From a bacterium (GTDB lineage Bacteria; Zhuqueibacterota; Zhuqueibacteria; Oceanimicrobiales; Oceanimicrobiaceae): DNA of 40,750 nt. The stretch lies in NCBI GenBank assembly GCA_046757165.1, contig JBHHXT010000026.1, forward strand, positions 1 through 40,750. Direction: 5' to 3'. Within the stretch, counting starts at the first letter, position 1. Each line of letters opens with the position of its first letter. This document shows, piece by piece, positions 1 to 10,901 of the stretch. A model generated the notes under the pieces. That model worked only from the letters and a program-made list of their open reading frames with translations. It searched no databases and was not told where the DNA came from. Made by a program: the position numbers and the translations under genes.

Positions 1-68
1 GCTCAACGGGTTCAGATGTTCAGAACCAGGGTGTTCATGCGCCAACGTGTTTTCCCCTCAATGGAATC

Positions 69-91
69 GTAAAACAGGCTTCCAGCCTGTT
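69..91 (+). repeat. REP-like palindrome (GTAA + 7-bp stem / 5-nt loop)
   Basis: GTAA-AACAGGC-TTCCA-GCCTGTT; same layout as the copies at 28539-28561 and 28614-28636. Confidence 0.65.
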
Positions 92-182
92 GAGATCGGT
101 GTTCCCGCTTTAGCGATGTCCACGCCGAACACGGTTTTGGAGTCTCTCAAGCCTTGAAACCTTTTGTTCCGGCTTGTCCGGC

Positions 183-1418
183 TCAGGTCTTACGAAAGGC
201 TTCCACCGGCGACAACCTCGATGTTTTGTACACCGGAAACAGCACCGCGAGCACACCGATAATCGCGATCGAGACCACTGGCTCAAAATAGACCCGGGCT
301 TTTCCCGAGAATTTCAAGTCATCGAACACAAAGCCATAACTTGCGTAGCCCTCGACAATGTCCTTTGGCAATGGAATCGCAAACTGGCTCAGGGTCGAAA
401 CGACCACCAGGGAGAGCAAGAAGCCGGCGGCGATCGAAATCGAAATCTTGATCATGGACTCCAGCAGGATCAGGCCGCTGATCTGGGTCGGCTTCATGCC
501 CACGGCCTGCAAAATGCCAAACTCACGCGTGCGCTCGACAACACTCAGCATCGTGGCATTAAAAATCTCGATGCCGACCACGATCAAAATGAAGGCAAGA
601 TAAATGGCGCCGCTGACATTGTCGATGATAATGATTTGCTTCAAGCCCGGCATCAGCTCCTCCCAGGAGAGCACTTCAAACGCTCCATCATCGAAGCTTT
701 GCGTCAGCACTTTTGAAAGACGGGGCGCATTTCTGAAGTTGGAGGACTTGAACACGACTTGCGTGATGCCGTCATCGAGCGAGAACAGTTCCTGTGCATT
801 GTGCAGAGGCATGACCATGAGCGACCGGTCGAGCTCGGAATGGCCGGCGCTGAGCAGTCCTTTGACAACGTAGGTGTCTGCCCCCAACTGGTTGCGATAG
901 CCCTGGGTCAAGACCACCACGGTGTCCCGGACCCCGGCCTGCAAATTGCGGGCGAGCATGGTCCCGAGCAACACCAGGTGGTCATCCCCATCCTGCAATT
1001 TCTTGCCCGCCTGCACCATGCCGGCAAACTGGGTGATGGCCCCCTCCTGTGCCGGCTCGATGCCGACGATCAACGCCCCGGCGCTCGCTGAATCCGAGCT
1101 GACCAGGCCGAAGCTGGTGATGCGCCTGCTGAAGGCTGTGAGCTCCGGGTGCTGCTCGAGCACGCTCTGCAAGTCCAGCTCGTTTTGTCGCAGGTGGTAC
1201 GTCAACGTCTGCTCCTCCTGAAACCCCTTGCGGTGCACCTGGAGCTCGCCATTGAACAGTCTCACGGCCATGTATTCCATGGTATCATAGGTGCCGTACT
1301 GCAACGAGCGTGTCACGGCAATGATCAGGATGGAAAGCGCGATGGCCGTAATCGTGATCAGACTCCGGCGCTTGTTGCGCCACACGTTTCGCCATGCCAG
1401 GCGGAGTAGTTTGTTCAT
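183..1418 (-). CDS. ABC transporter permease, LolC/E-FtsX family
   Basis: N-terminal LAWRNVWRNKRRS motif plus TM1, large periplasmic domain, ERTREFGILQAVGM motif, three C-terminal TMs, ends SPVEAFR. Confidence 0.92.
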   Translation of the reverse strand: MNKLLRLAWRNVWRNKRRSLITITAIALSILIIAVTRSLQYGTYDTMEYMAVRLFNGELQVHRKGFQEEQTLTYHLRQNELDLQSVLEQHPELTAFSRRITSFGLVSSDSASAGALIVGIEPAQEGAITQFAGMVQAGKKLQDGDDHLVLLGTMLARNLQAGVRDTVVVLTQGYRNQLGADTYVVKGLLSAGHSELDRSLMVMPLHNAQELFSLDDGITQVVFKSSNFRNAPRLSKVLTQSFDDGAFEVLSWEELMPGLKQIIIIDNVSGAIYLAFILIVVGIEIFNATMLSVVERTREFGILQAVGMKPTQISGLILLESMIKISISIAAGFLLSLVVVSTLSQFAIPLPKDIVEGYASYGFVFDDLKFSGKARVYFEPVVSIAIIGVLAVLFPVYKTSRLSPVEAFRKT

Positions 1419-1456
1419 CTCAACAGACCAGATACTGCATATTCAAAACTTATTTT

Positions 1457-1485
1457 ATTCGTGTCAATTGCGCAAATTCGTGGCT
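1457..1485. repeat. Degenerate ATTCGTG-type short repeat remnant
   Basis: ATTCGTGTCAATTGCGCAAATTCGTGGCT in the gap between two co-oriented genes. Confidence 0.4.
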
Positions 1486-1507
1486 AACTCAGTCTGCTTC
1501 AGATTCC

Positions 1508-2254
1508 TCACCTCGCCCGCCGCAAGTATTGTTTCGTAAAGACCGACTTCTTGATCGGCTTGTCGAAAACCGCTTCCTCCAGGAGCATCACGGTCCTTCT
1601 CCCAGGCTTCTTTTCTTCGATCAATTCAAACTTCGCCGGAATGACGCGGCCGCCCATCTCTTTGATGTCGGAAAAGACGAGTGTGCGGACAAGCTCGCCG
1701 CGCTCGTTGAAATATTGTGCCCGCAACGGCAGGTAGTCGGCCACTCGAATCCACTCGATGATCCGGCCCCATACCACTGGAGCCTCGGGTTTGGGTTTGA
1801 GCTCGACCTTATACGCCTCGAAGCCGGCCTCCTGCTCGCGGCCCAGGAGCGTGTGGGTGTAATCTGTGACCACGCTCGACTCCTTCACCAGGTCATCGTT
1901 GGTAAAATCCGACCCCATCCACGACTGCAGCATCATCGATGGCGGGATCTTGATTTCGCGGTTGATCTTCGGAATGTAGTTCCACATCTCGCGTTTGATC
2001 TTCAGAAAGGTCACGCCCCTGTCCTTTGCCGGCGCGAGCATGAGAATAAAGGACTTCTCCGTGCCCTCGGACCAGAACTTGAAAACCATGGTGCGCTGCC
2101 ACTCCGGCCGGATAATGGTCAGGGTGTATTGGCCGTACATGGTTTTGCCCCGCATCAAGTCGTCCGCCTTCTGGACGATCGTCAGCGCCGTCTCCTGGGC
2201 CACGGCGGCCGTGCTGATACAAATAAGCAACCATGCGGTATGCAAGTACTTCAT
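1508..2254 (-). CDS. Outer membrane lipoprotein-sorting protein (LolA-like)
   Basis: Start MKYLH at 2254 with AAGGAGG RBS and signal peptide; GVTFLK...MWNYIP, SMMLQSWMGSDFTNDDLV and VVWG motifs; upstream of a LolCE-type permease. Confidence 0.88.
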   Translation of the reverse strand: MKYLHTAWLLICISTAAVAQETALTIVQKADDLMRGKTMYGQYTLTIIRPEWQRTMVFKFWSEGTEKSFILMLAPAKDRGVTFLKIKREMWNYIPKINREIKIPPSMMLQSWMGSDFTNDDLVKESSVVTDYTHTLLGREQEAGFEAYKVELKPKPEAPVVWGRIIEWIRVADYLPLRAQYFNERGELVRTLVFSDIKEMGGRVIPAKFELIEEKKPGRRTVMLLEEAVFDKPIKKSVFTKQYLRRAR

Positions 2255-2435
2255 TGACCTGATCCTCCTTCCTCGTTCCTTGGAGCAGAATCTCTCCGCT
2301 CCCCGCCTGGGCCGACTTCTCATCTTTCGCACAAAGTACACTAGCATGGAATATAAAACATTCCAGCTTAAGAGTCGAGATTTTTCTCAAGTTTGCCCCG
2401 CTTTTTCGCGACTTTTACCTGTGCGGTTCATTTGC

Positions 2436-2464
2436 TTGACTTTTTGTTCCCGGTCACCTACCTT
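2436..2464 (+). promoter_or_regulatory. Putative sigma70 promoter of typA
   Basis: TTGACT-N17-TACCTT, about 80 bp upstream of the ATG. Confidence 0.5.
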
Positions 2465-2546
2465 TGGGACTGAGACAGTGCACAGACACCTGGCCAGCAG
2501 ATTGAAGAACGCAACAGCTTACTGCGGCTCCGCCGCCTGAGAGGTC

Positions 2547-4370
<1,824 letters not shown>

Positions 4371-4473
4371 ATCTTGGACACACCCCCGGCGGGCGGCGGC
4401 AGGGCAGGCACAGACGTGCCCCGCCGTTTCCATGTTACGGGTGTGTGCCGATGTTTGCAACGTAGAGGGGCTG

Positions 4474-4697
4474 GTCCCTTGGCAAGGTGGGATGAGTCAA
4501 GAAATCCCCCTAAATCCCCCTTTACGAAAGGGGGACTTTGGGCCGCGCGCTTCGGGCATGCCGCCTGACTTGCAAACCAAAATCCGCGACAAGAGTCCCC
4601 CCCTTTCATAAAGGGGGGACAGGGGGGATTTGAAAACACGCAAAGACCCAATGACGATGAAACCCTACAACAAGACTCTGAAGCCCCTCGCAAGAAC
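4474..4697 (+). repeat. Direct repeat copy 1 (~225 bp) containing a REPIN-like inverted pair
   Basis: Aligns by eye with 4995-5219. Contains hairpin units at 4502-4539 (TCCCCCTTT-ACG-AAAGGGGGA) and 4594-4631 (TCCCCCCCTTT-CAT-AAAGGGGGGA), inverted relative to each other. Confidence 0.92.
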
Positions 4698-5091
4698 GCT
4701 GCGGAAAACCGTGACCGACGCCGAAAAACTGCTCTGGTCGCGACTGAGACGCAAGCAGGTGCGGGGCTTTCAATTCTACCGTCAAAAACCGCTCGGTCGC
4801 TATATTGTTGATTTCTACTGCCCTGCTGGCACTCTGGTGATTGAAGTGGATGGCGGCCGGCATTACTCCGATGATGGCAAGGCGAAAGATCTTGAGCGAG
4901 ACAACTATCTGAATTCCATTGGCCTGAACGTACTGCGCTTTACGAACATCGAGGTGTTGAAGAATGTTGATGGGGTCCTGCAAGTGATCGATGAGTCCCT
5001 TGGCAAGGTGGAATCAGTCAGGAAATCCCCCCTAAATCCCCCTTTGCGAAAGGGGGACTTTTGGGCCGCGCCCTTCGGGCACGCCACCTGA
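4657..5091 (+). CDS. DUF559 / Vsr-like (PD-(D/E)XK) endonuclease domain protein
   Basis: ARTLRK..TDAEKLLWSRLR, FYRQKPLGRYIVDFYC, LVIEVDGGRH, D.ERD.YL...G..VLRFTN.EV; ATG at 4651 or 4657; the last ~22 codons are encoded by the downstream repeat. Confidence 0.93.
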   Translation: MKPYNKTLKPLARTLRKTVTDAEKLLWSRLRRKQVRGFQFYRQKPLGRYIVDFYCPAGTLVIEVDGGRHYSDDGKAKDLERDNYLNSIGLNVLRFTNIEVLKNVDGVLQVIDESLGKVESVRKSPLNPPLRKGDFWAAPFGHAT

Positions 5092-5219
5092 CTTGCAAAA
5101 CAAGATCGGCAACGAGAATCCCCCCCTTTCACAAAGGGGGGACAGGGGGGATTTGAAAATACACAAAGCCCGAACGACGATGAAACACTACGACAAAAAG
5201 CTGAAGCCCTCACTGGAAC
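4995..5219 (+). repeat. Direct repeat copy 2 with REPIN-like pair and a decayed DUF559 5' end
   Basis: Hairpin units at 5023-5061 and 5117-5154, then ATGAAACACTACGACAAAAAGCTGAAGCCC (MKHYDKKLKP), paralleling MKPYNKTLKP. Confidence 0.92.
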
Positions 5220-5268
5220 ATCGAAACGATTGTTCCTGATATTGACCACCCTTTACGGACAGGAGCCT

Positions 5269-6951
5269 ATGAAATCACGAGTCTTGCAAACCGTCGTTAT
5301 CCTGAGCCTCTTTTTCATTTTTCCGGACAGGTGTTACCCGAATCCGCACGCAGACAAGCCTGGCCTGGTTGTCCTGCTGGTCGTGGACCAAATGCGGGCG
5401 GACCACTTGACCCGGTTCGCAGACCTGTACAAATATGGCTTTGCCAGGCTCCTCGAGGAGGGCGCTGTGTTCACCAATGCCTACCACGACCATGCGTACA
5501 CGGTCACAGCTCCAGGCCATGCGACGATTGCCACGGGGGCCTTCCCTTCACACCATGGCATCGTTGCCAACGATTGGTTCGACCGCCGGCAGCAAAAAAA
5601 GGTGTATTGTTGTGAAGATACCGCAAGCGGCCTGCTGGGCTATCCGGGTTTGCCCGAGGACAAAGGGCGGTCGCCCGGGCGAATGCTCTTGCCCACCTTC
5701 GGCGATTGGCTAAAAGCGGCCTCACCTGAGAGCAAGGTCTTCGGCGTTGCACGCAAAGACCGTGCGGCTATCCTCTCTGCCGGCCACAGCGCCGACGGCG
5801 TTTACTGGTACAACCCGGCCGACGGAAAGATGATCACGTCCCAATACTACACAGGATCTTATCCGCAATGGGTTCAGGACTTCAATCAGGCACGGCTGGT
5901 GGACACGTATTTTCAGCAAGGCTGGGCCAGGATGATGCCGGAGGAGCTTTACAGGCGCGCACGCGAAGATCGCAACGCGTTTGAAAACGATGGCGAGAAA
6001 ACCTCATTTCCGTACATGTTTACGGCAAGCTCAAACCGCCCGGACAGAAATTACTACGATGCCTTACAAACGACTCCCTTTGCAGACAAGCTCATTCTCG
6101 AGTTTGCCCGTGGTCTGGTCCAGAACGAGGGCCTCGGAACCGGTGCGGCAACCGATGTCTTGTTTGTCGGCTGTTCCGCTGCCGATGCCATCGGTCATCG
6201 TTTTGGGCCGATGAGCCAGGAGAGCATGGACCATTTTCTCCGCCTGGACCGGTATCTCGGCGATTTCTTCGCCTACCTCGACGCGCACCTCGGTCGCAAC
6301 CGCTATCTCGTTGTTTTGTCGAGTGACCACGGCGGGCTGCCCATCCCCGAAGAGCTTGCCAGGCACGGCTTCGCTGCCCAACGTGTGATGGGCAGCGACC
6401 TGAGAAACCTCCTGAGCAAAGCCATCGATGAAGTGACAAAAAAACTGGGCTTGTCCCGGCCCCTGATCAAGCGGATGGTGGGCTTCGGTTTGTTCTTGAA
6501 CTATGAGGAAGCTGAAGAACTGGGGGTATCAGAGAACACGATCAACACGATGTTGGCCACACGCCTGCAAGAAAACCGGGCCATTGCTGCCGTCTACACC
6601 AGGGAGAATCTGAATCATCCGCGCCACGACGGGGATGAGTTTCTGGAGGCGTACCGCCACTCCTATCATCCTGAGCGGAGCGGCGATCTGGTGGTGAGAT
6701 TCAAGAAGTACTGTCTGCTGCGCGCTTCTCGCTATGGCACCAGCCACGGCTCCCCTTATGACTACGATACGCACGTACCGCTCGTGTTTTGGGGGGCGCC
6801 TGTCCGAAAGAGTCACACCACACAAGAGGTGCACACCGTCGACATCGCACCGACTTTGGCGCATATCTTAGGGGTTCAGCCGGCGAACTCCATCGATGGA
6901 CACAATCTTGGGTCCCTTCTCTTTACCTCCGACGCCTCAGATCGGGAATAA
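5269..6951 (+). CDS. Alkaline phosphatase family protein, PafA/PhoK-like
   Basis: AGGAG RBS, signal peptide; VVDQMRAD, TVTAPGHATIATG (Thr nucleophile), HGIVANDW, KDRAAIL, DAIGH, SSDHG, SHGSPYDYDTHVPL. Confidence 0.92.
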   Translation: MKSRVLQTVVILSLFFIFPDRCYPNPHADKPGLVVLLVVDQMRADHLTRFADLYKYGFARLLEEGAVFTNAYHDHAYTVTAPGHATIATGAFPSHHGIVANDWFDRRQQKKVYCCEDTASGLLGYPGLPEDKGRSPGRMLLPTFGDWLKAASPESKVFGVARKDRAAILSAGHSADGVYWYNPADGKMITSQYYTGSYPQWVQDFNQARLVDTYFQQGWARMMPEELYRRAREDRNAFENDGEKTSFPYMFTASSNRPDRNYYDALQTTPFADKLILEFARGLVQNEGLGTGAATDVLFVGCSAADAIGHRFGPMSQESMDHFLRLDRYLGDFFAYLDAHLGRNRYLVVLSSDHGGLPIPEELARHGFAAQRVMGSDLRNLLSKAIDEVTKKLGLSRPLIKRMVGFGLFLNYEEAEELGVSENTINTMLATRLQENRAIAAVYTRENLNHPRHDGDEFLEAYRHSYHPERSGDLVVRFKKYCLLRASRYGTSHGSPYDYDTHVPLVFWGAPVRKSHTTQEVHTVDIAPTLAHILGVQPANSIDGHNLGSLLFTSDASDRE

Positions 6952-7168
6952 ACCGGCCGTGTAAGAATGCCGAGGTCAAAACAAGATTCAACACCGTCTC
7001 TGACCGTGTTTTGACTAGCTAGACCGTTTATCTCTTGATTCACCCGGGATTACAACCTCACCTTATAGAAACGGTGCCGGACTATTGCCCGCGTTTTGCT
7101 GCGCAATGAATCTTGAGCACGACCAAAGGGAAGTGCTCAAGATTCACCAACAGGCGTTGTCCCTCTCC

Positions 7169-8719
7169 TCAATTCACCTTCTCCGAAACCAACTTCGCCT
7201 GCTGGAACAAGAGCAAATAATCGCGGCCGCCGGCCTTGGAATCTGTACCGGACATGTTGAACCCGCCAAACGGATGGACCCCGACGAGCGCGCCCGTGCA
7301 CTTGCGGTTGAAGTACAGGTTGCCGGCGTGAAAAAGCTGCCGGGCTTTATTCATCTTGTCGCGGTTGGTCGTGTAAACCGATCCGGTCAGGCCGAACTCC
7401 GTGTCGTTGGCAATCTCGAGGGCGTGCTCGAAGTTGCGCGCTTTGATGACAGCGAGAACCGGGGCGAACACTTCTTCCTGGGCGAGCCGTGCTTTCGCGT
7501 CCACGTCAGCGATGATGGTGGGCTGGACGTAGTAGCCGTCGTCCGGACCTTGCTCGCCGCCGCAGAGAAGCCGACCTTCCTGTTTGCCGATTTCGATATA
7601 TTTCATGGTTTTTTCCAGAGCCGCACGGTTGATCAAGGCCCCCATGTAATTCTCTCCGTGCTCGACCGGCCCGACTGTAACCTTTTTCGTCCGCGCCACC
7701 AGCCGGTCGAGGAAGTCATCATAGATGGATTCGTCAACAATGGCGCGCGAGCAAGCGGAGCATTTCTGACCCTGGAATCCGAAAGCGGAAGTCGCGACGC
7801 TCTCGACCGCCTGTTCCAGGTCCGCTTCGCTGTCTACGATGATCGCATCCTTGCCCCCCATCTCCGCCACAACGCGCTTGATCCAGATTTGGCCCTTTTG
7901 AGGCTGCGCCGCCAACTGGTTGATGCGCAGGCCAACTTCCTTCGAACCGGTGAATGAAATGAAGCGAATGGTGGGGTGTGTCACGATAAAGTCGCCGATG
8001 ACCGCGCCACTGCCCGGAATGTAGTTGAGCACGCCGTCGGGCAATCCGACTTCTTGCATGATTTCAACCAGCTTGTGGCCGATGGTCGGTGAGTCGCTGG
8101 CGGGCTTGAGCACGACCGTATTGCCCGTCACGATGGCGGCGGTGGTCATGCCGGCCAGAATCGCCAGTGGAAAGTTCCACGGCGGGATGACCGCGCCGAC
8201 GCCGAGCGGGATGTAAAACAGCTCATTCTTTTCCCCCGGCAGGGGCGTCACGGGCTGCGTTTCACTGTAGCGCAGCATCTCGCGCCCGTAGAACTCCAGG
8301 AAGTCGATGGCTTCGGCAGTGTCGGCGTCTGCTTCCACCCAGTTCTTGCCGGTTTCGAAGATCATCCAGGCGTTGAGCTCGAGCTGCCGGCGTCGCATGA
8401 CCGCCGCTGCCTTGAAGAGATAGTCAGCGCGCTCTGCCGCAGGCACGAAGCGCCAGGTTTGAAACGCCTTTTCCGCTGCCCGGATGGCCTGCTCGGCGTG
8501 CTCCTGACCCGCTTTGTGGAAGGTGCCCACGACCTGCTCTTTCTGGCACGGGTTTTTGGAGGTGAACATCTCGCGGCTTTCAGCCTCCTTGCCGTCGATG
8601 GACAGGGAATAGGTGCGGGTGAACTGGCTTTTGACCTCTGCCAGAGCCGCTTCTTGCTTCTTGCGATTTTCATTGTTCGAGTAATCCGTTAACGGATGAT
8701 TTCTGAATTCTGAAACCAT
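7169..8719 (-). CDS. pruA: L-glutamate gamma-semialdehyde (P5C) dehydrogenase
   Basis: EAIDFLEFY, PWNFP, FTGS, AEMGGKD, FGFQGQKCSACSR, EEVFAPV, NRKCTGALVGVHPFGGFNMSGTDSKAGG; AAGGAG RBS before the ATG at 8719. Confidence 0.95.
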   Translation of the reverse strand: MVSEFRNHPLTDYSNNENRKKQEAALAEVKSQFTRTYSLSIDGKEAESREMFTSKNPCQKEQVVGTFHKAGQEHAEQAIRAAEKAFQTWRFVPAAERADYLFKAAAVMRRRQLELNAWMIFETGKNWVEADADTAEAIDFLEFYGREMLRYSETQPVTPLPGEKNELFYIPLGVGAVIPPWNFPLAILAGMTTAAIVTGNTVVLKPASDSPTIGHKLVEIMQEVGLPDGVLNYIPGSGAVIGDFIVTHPTIRFISFTGSKEVGLRINQLAAQPQKGQIWIKRVVAEMGGKDAIIVDSEADLEQAVESVATSAFGFQGQKCSACSRAIVDESIYDDFLDRLVARTKKVTVGPVEHGENYMGALINRAALEKTMKYIEIGKQEGRLLCGGEQGPDDGYYVQPTIIADVDAKARLAQEEVFAPVLAVIKARNFEHALEIANDTEFGLTGSVYTTNRDKMNKARQLFHAGNLYFNRKCTGALVGVHPFGGFNMSGTDSKAGGRDYLLLFQQAKLVSEKVN

Positions 8720-8772
8720 GTCATAGCTCCTTCTCATTATTGTTTGGTTATGAATATCAAATCAAGCCCGGT

Positions 8773-8801
8773 AAGTTAACAAATTGATTGCTGTTTTTCA
8801 A
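8773..8801 (-). promoter_or_regulatory. Putative sigma70 promoter of pruA
   Basis: Minus strand TTGAAA-N17-TAACTT. Confidence 0.45.
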
Positions 8802-8937
8802 TAGCTATGTCGCCACTGACTTGGTCAGAAAATTCATTTGACTATCTGTTTGAAAAGGGTTAGCTTACCTGCCAAAATTTCGCAATCTGTTTTTCTGGTA
8901 TGTTCTTTTGAGTAGCGCGACCTATTGCGTTCTTAGT

Positions 8938-9010
8938 CTCACGCAAAGAACGCCATGCGCGCAGAGTTCGTTCGTTTTTGACCTTCATTTCTCTGCGGAC
9001 TTTGCGTGAG
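8938..9010. repeat. Inverted-repeat element of CACGCAAAG type
   Basis: CTCACGCAAAG...CGCAGAG / CTCTGCG...CTTTGCGTGAG; related half-site CACCGCAAAGGCGCGAAGAACGCGAAGAG at 9753-9781. Confidence 0.65.
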
Positions 9011-9086
9011 GCGATATGTAATCGAAAAACCAATAGACGGTCGTGTTTGAACAAATCAATTAACAAGAGATACCTCAGGAGGAACC

Positions 9087-9719
9087 ATGCTGAACTACGT
9101 CTGGCTTGCATTAATGGTCATCGCAATTGTCGTGGGGGCGATCAAAGGCACTCTGCCTGAAGTGACGAAAGCCGCCTTCGATATGGCCAAAATTTCGGTC
9201 GACATCGCCTTTGGCCTGATCGGCATTATGGCCTTGTGGCTGGGAGTCATGAAGATCGCTGAAGAAAGCGGGATGGACAAGATTCTGGCCAGACTGATCA
9301 AACCGCTCAGCAAACGCTTGTTCCCCGACGTGCCGCCGGACCATCCGGCTATCGCATCCATCTTGCTGAATCTGAGCGCCAACTGGTTGGGCCTTGCCAA
9401 TGCCGCCACGCCGTTTGGTCTCAAAGCCATGGAGGAGCTGCAGAAACTGAACAAGAACCGGGAGGTCGCCTCCAATGCGATGGTGACCTTCCTGGCGCTG
9501 AATACCGCGGCCATCACGCTGATTCCGGCAACCATCCTGGGCGTTCGCATCTCGCTCGATTCACAAAGTCCGCAGGCGATCATCGGGACCACGATTTTTG
9601 CAGGTGTGTGTGCAACCACGATGGCTGTTCTGGCGGCGAAGTTGCTGGAAAAACTCCCCATCTTTCGCAAGGAGCTGGGTGCTGACAACGGCAGTGAAGG
9701 GCATGAGGTGGAAGGATAA
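9087..9719 (+). CDS. spmA: Spore maturation protein A family (nucleoside recognition/Gate domain membrane protein)
   Basis: MLNYVW, LWLGVMKIAEESG, LFPDVPPDHPA, ANWLGLANAATPFGLKAMEELQKLN; AGGAGG RBS. Confidence 0.92.
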   Translation: MLNYVWLALMVIAIVVGAIKGTLPEVTKAAFDMAKISVDIAFGLIGIMALWLGVMKIAEESGMDKILARLIKPLSKRLFPDVPPDHPAIASILLNLSANWLGLANAATPFGLKAMEELQKLNKNREVASNAMVTFLALNTAAITLIPATILGVRISLDSQSPQAIIGTTIFAGVCATTMAVLAAKLLEKLPIFRKELGADNGSEGHEVEG

Positions 9720-9977
9720 GATACCAGCCTGAATCAGGCTGAATAATTCATTCACCGCAAAGGCGCGAAGAACGCGAAGAGAAAACGATCTACCGGTCAT
9801 GGGGGTCAAGGAGCTAAACTTAAAGAGATTACGATAGCATGCAGCACGAAATCCTAAAGAACTGTTTTCTGTCTTCGTGACCTGCGCCGTATTTCAAAAG
9901 GATCAAAAACCCACACGGAAGATGTCTACATTGCGAAATCCGTGTGGACCAATACAGACAAATCAACAGGAGCAGAA

Positions 9978-10520
9978 ATGAGCCTAACATTCAGTCAAAT
10001 CGTCGGTGCTGTTTCGAACTTCGCCATCCCGTTTGTCTTGCTCGTGATCATCGGTTACGGATTCTTCAAGAAGGTCAGGATTTACGAAGCGTTCGTCGAC
10101 GGAGCCAAAGGCGGGTTTGAAGTTGCGATCAAGATTATTCCTTTCCTGGTCGCACTGCTGGTGGCGATCGGCATGTTCCGGGCTTCCGGTGCCATGGATT
10201 ATCTCATCAAATTCATCTCACCCCTGACAGACTCGATCGGCATGCCGGCGGAAGCACTGCCCGTGGCCATCATGCGGCCGCTCTCCGGTAGCGGCTCGCT
10301 GGGGCTGGTGACCGAGATCATGAAAACGCACGGTCCCGACTCGTTCCTGGGCCGGCTGGTCTCGACCATGTACGGCAGCACCGAGACGACGTTCTACGTG
10401 CTGGCGGTCTACTTTGGCTCGGTCGGGATCAAAAAGACCCGCCATGCCGTGCCGGCCGGCCTGCTGGCAGACGCCGCTGGCTTGATCGGATCTTTGCTCA
10501 TTTGCAAGTTGGTGTTCTAG
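9978..10520 (+). CDS. spmB: Spore maturation protein B family membrane protein
   Basis: YEAFVDGAKGG, IGMFRASGAMD, MRPLSGSGSLG, GSTETTFYVLAVYFGSVGIKKTRHA; AGGAG RBS before 9978. Confidence 0.93.
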   Translation: MSLTFSQIVGAVSNFAIPFVLLVIIGYGFFKKVRIYEAFVDGAKGGFEVAIKIIPFLVALLVAIGMFRASGAMDYLIKFISPLTDSIGMPAEALPVAIMRPLSGSGSLGLVTEIMKTHGPDSFLGRLVSTMYGSTETTFYVLAVYFGSVGIKKTRHAVPAGLLADAAGLIGSLLICKLVF

Positions 10521-10565
10521 CCAGGAAATCCGGTCGGAAAATACTGTCAGCCTGCCCGGTGCGCC

Positions 10566-10596
10566 CGCAGGGCGAGGAGTTTGACCACGCCCTGCG
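10566..10596. repeat. Intergenic hairpin (REP-like or terminator)
   Basis: CGCAGGGCG-N13-CGCCCTGCG downstream of spmB; no U-tract. Confidence 0.35.
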
Positions 10597-10774
10597 AGCA
10601 CGGCGGCCGACTTCGAACCACAATCCACGACAAGAGTCCCGCCTTTCACCATCATCGTTGCTGCACGATGAATTGTTCCTTTTACAAAGTGAAAATCTTG
10701 CGACACTCTGCTCTGGCCTTCTTCACCTTCATAGACTTGGCAGACAAAATGTTTCTCTTCCGTAAGATGTTTCC

Positions 10775-10803
10775 TTGATTTTATGGAACACAAAACCTAT
10801 ATT
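10775..10803 (+). promoter_or_regulatory. Putative sigma70 promoter of the photolyase-TIGR01777 pair
   Basis: TTGATT-N17-TATATT. Confidence 0.5.
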
Positions 10804-10901
10804 ATCGCTATCACTCCTGGCGCGGCCCGGGCCGCTCATTGGAATCACCTCCTGGCTCGACAGCTCACCGATTCACCGTCGTGAAAACCGGGGACAAGCT
10901 T

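Noticed and set aside
4474..5219. Repeats around DUF559 as a CRISPR array
   Set aside because: Only two long copies with internal inverted units flanking a gene; no repeat-spacer periodicity.
9087..10520. spmAB as evidence of sporulation
   Set aside because: The family is widespread in non-sporulating bacteria, and the window has TonB and Lol-type diderm genes.
10521..10838. Small ORFs or a riboswitch upstream of the photolyase
   Set aside because: ORFs are short and motif-free; one hairpin only, with no recognisable riboswitch consensus.
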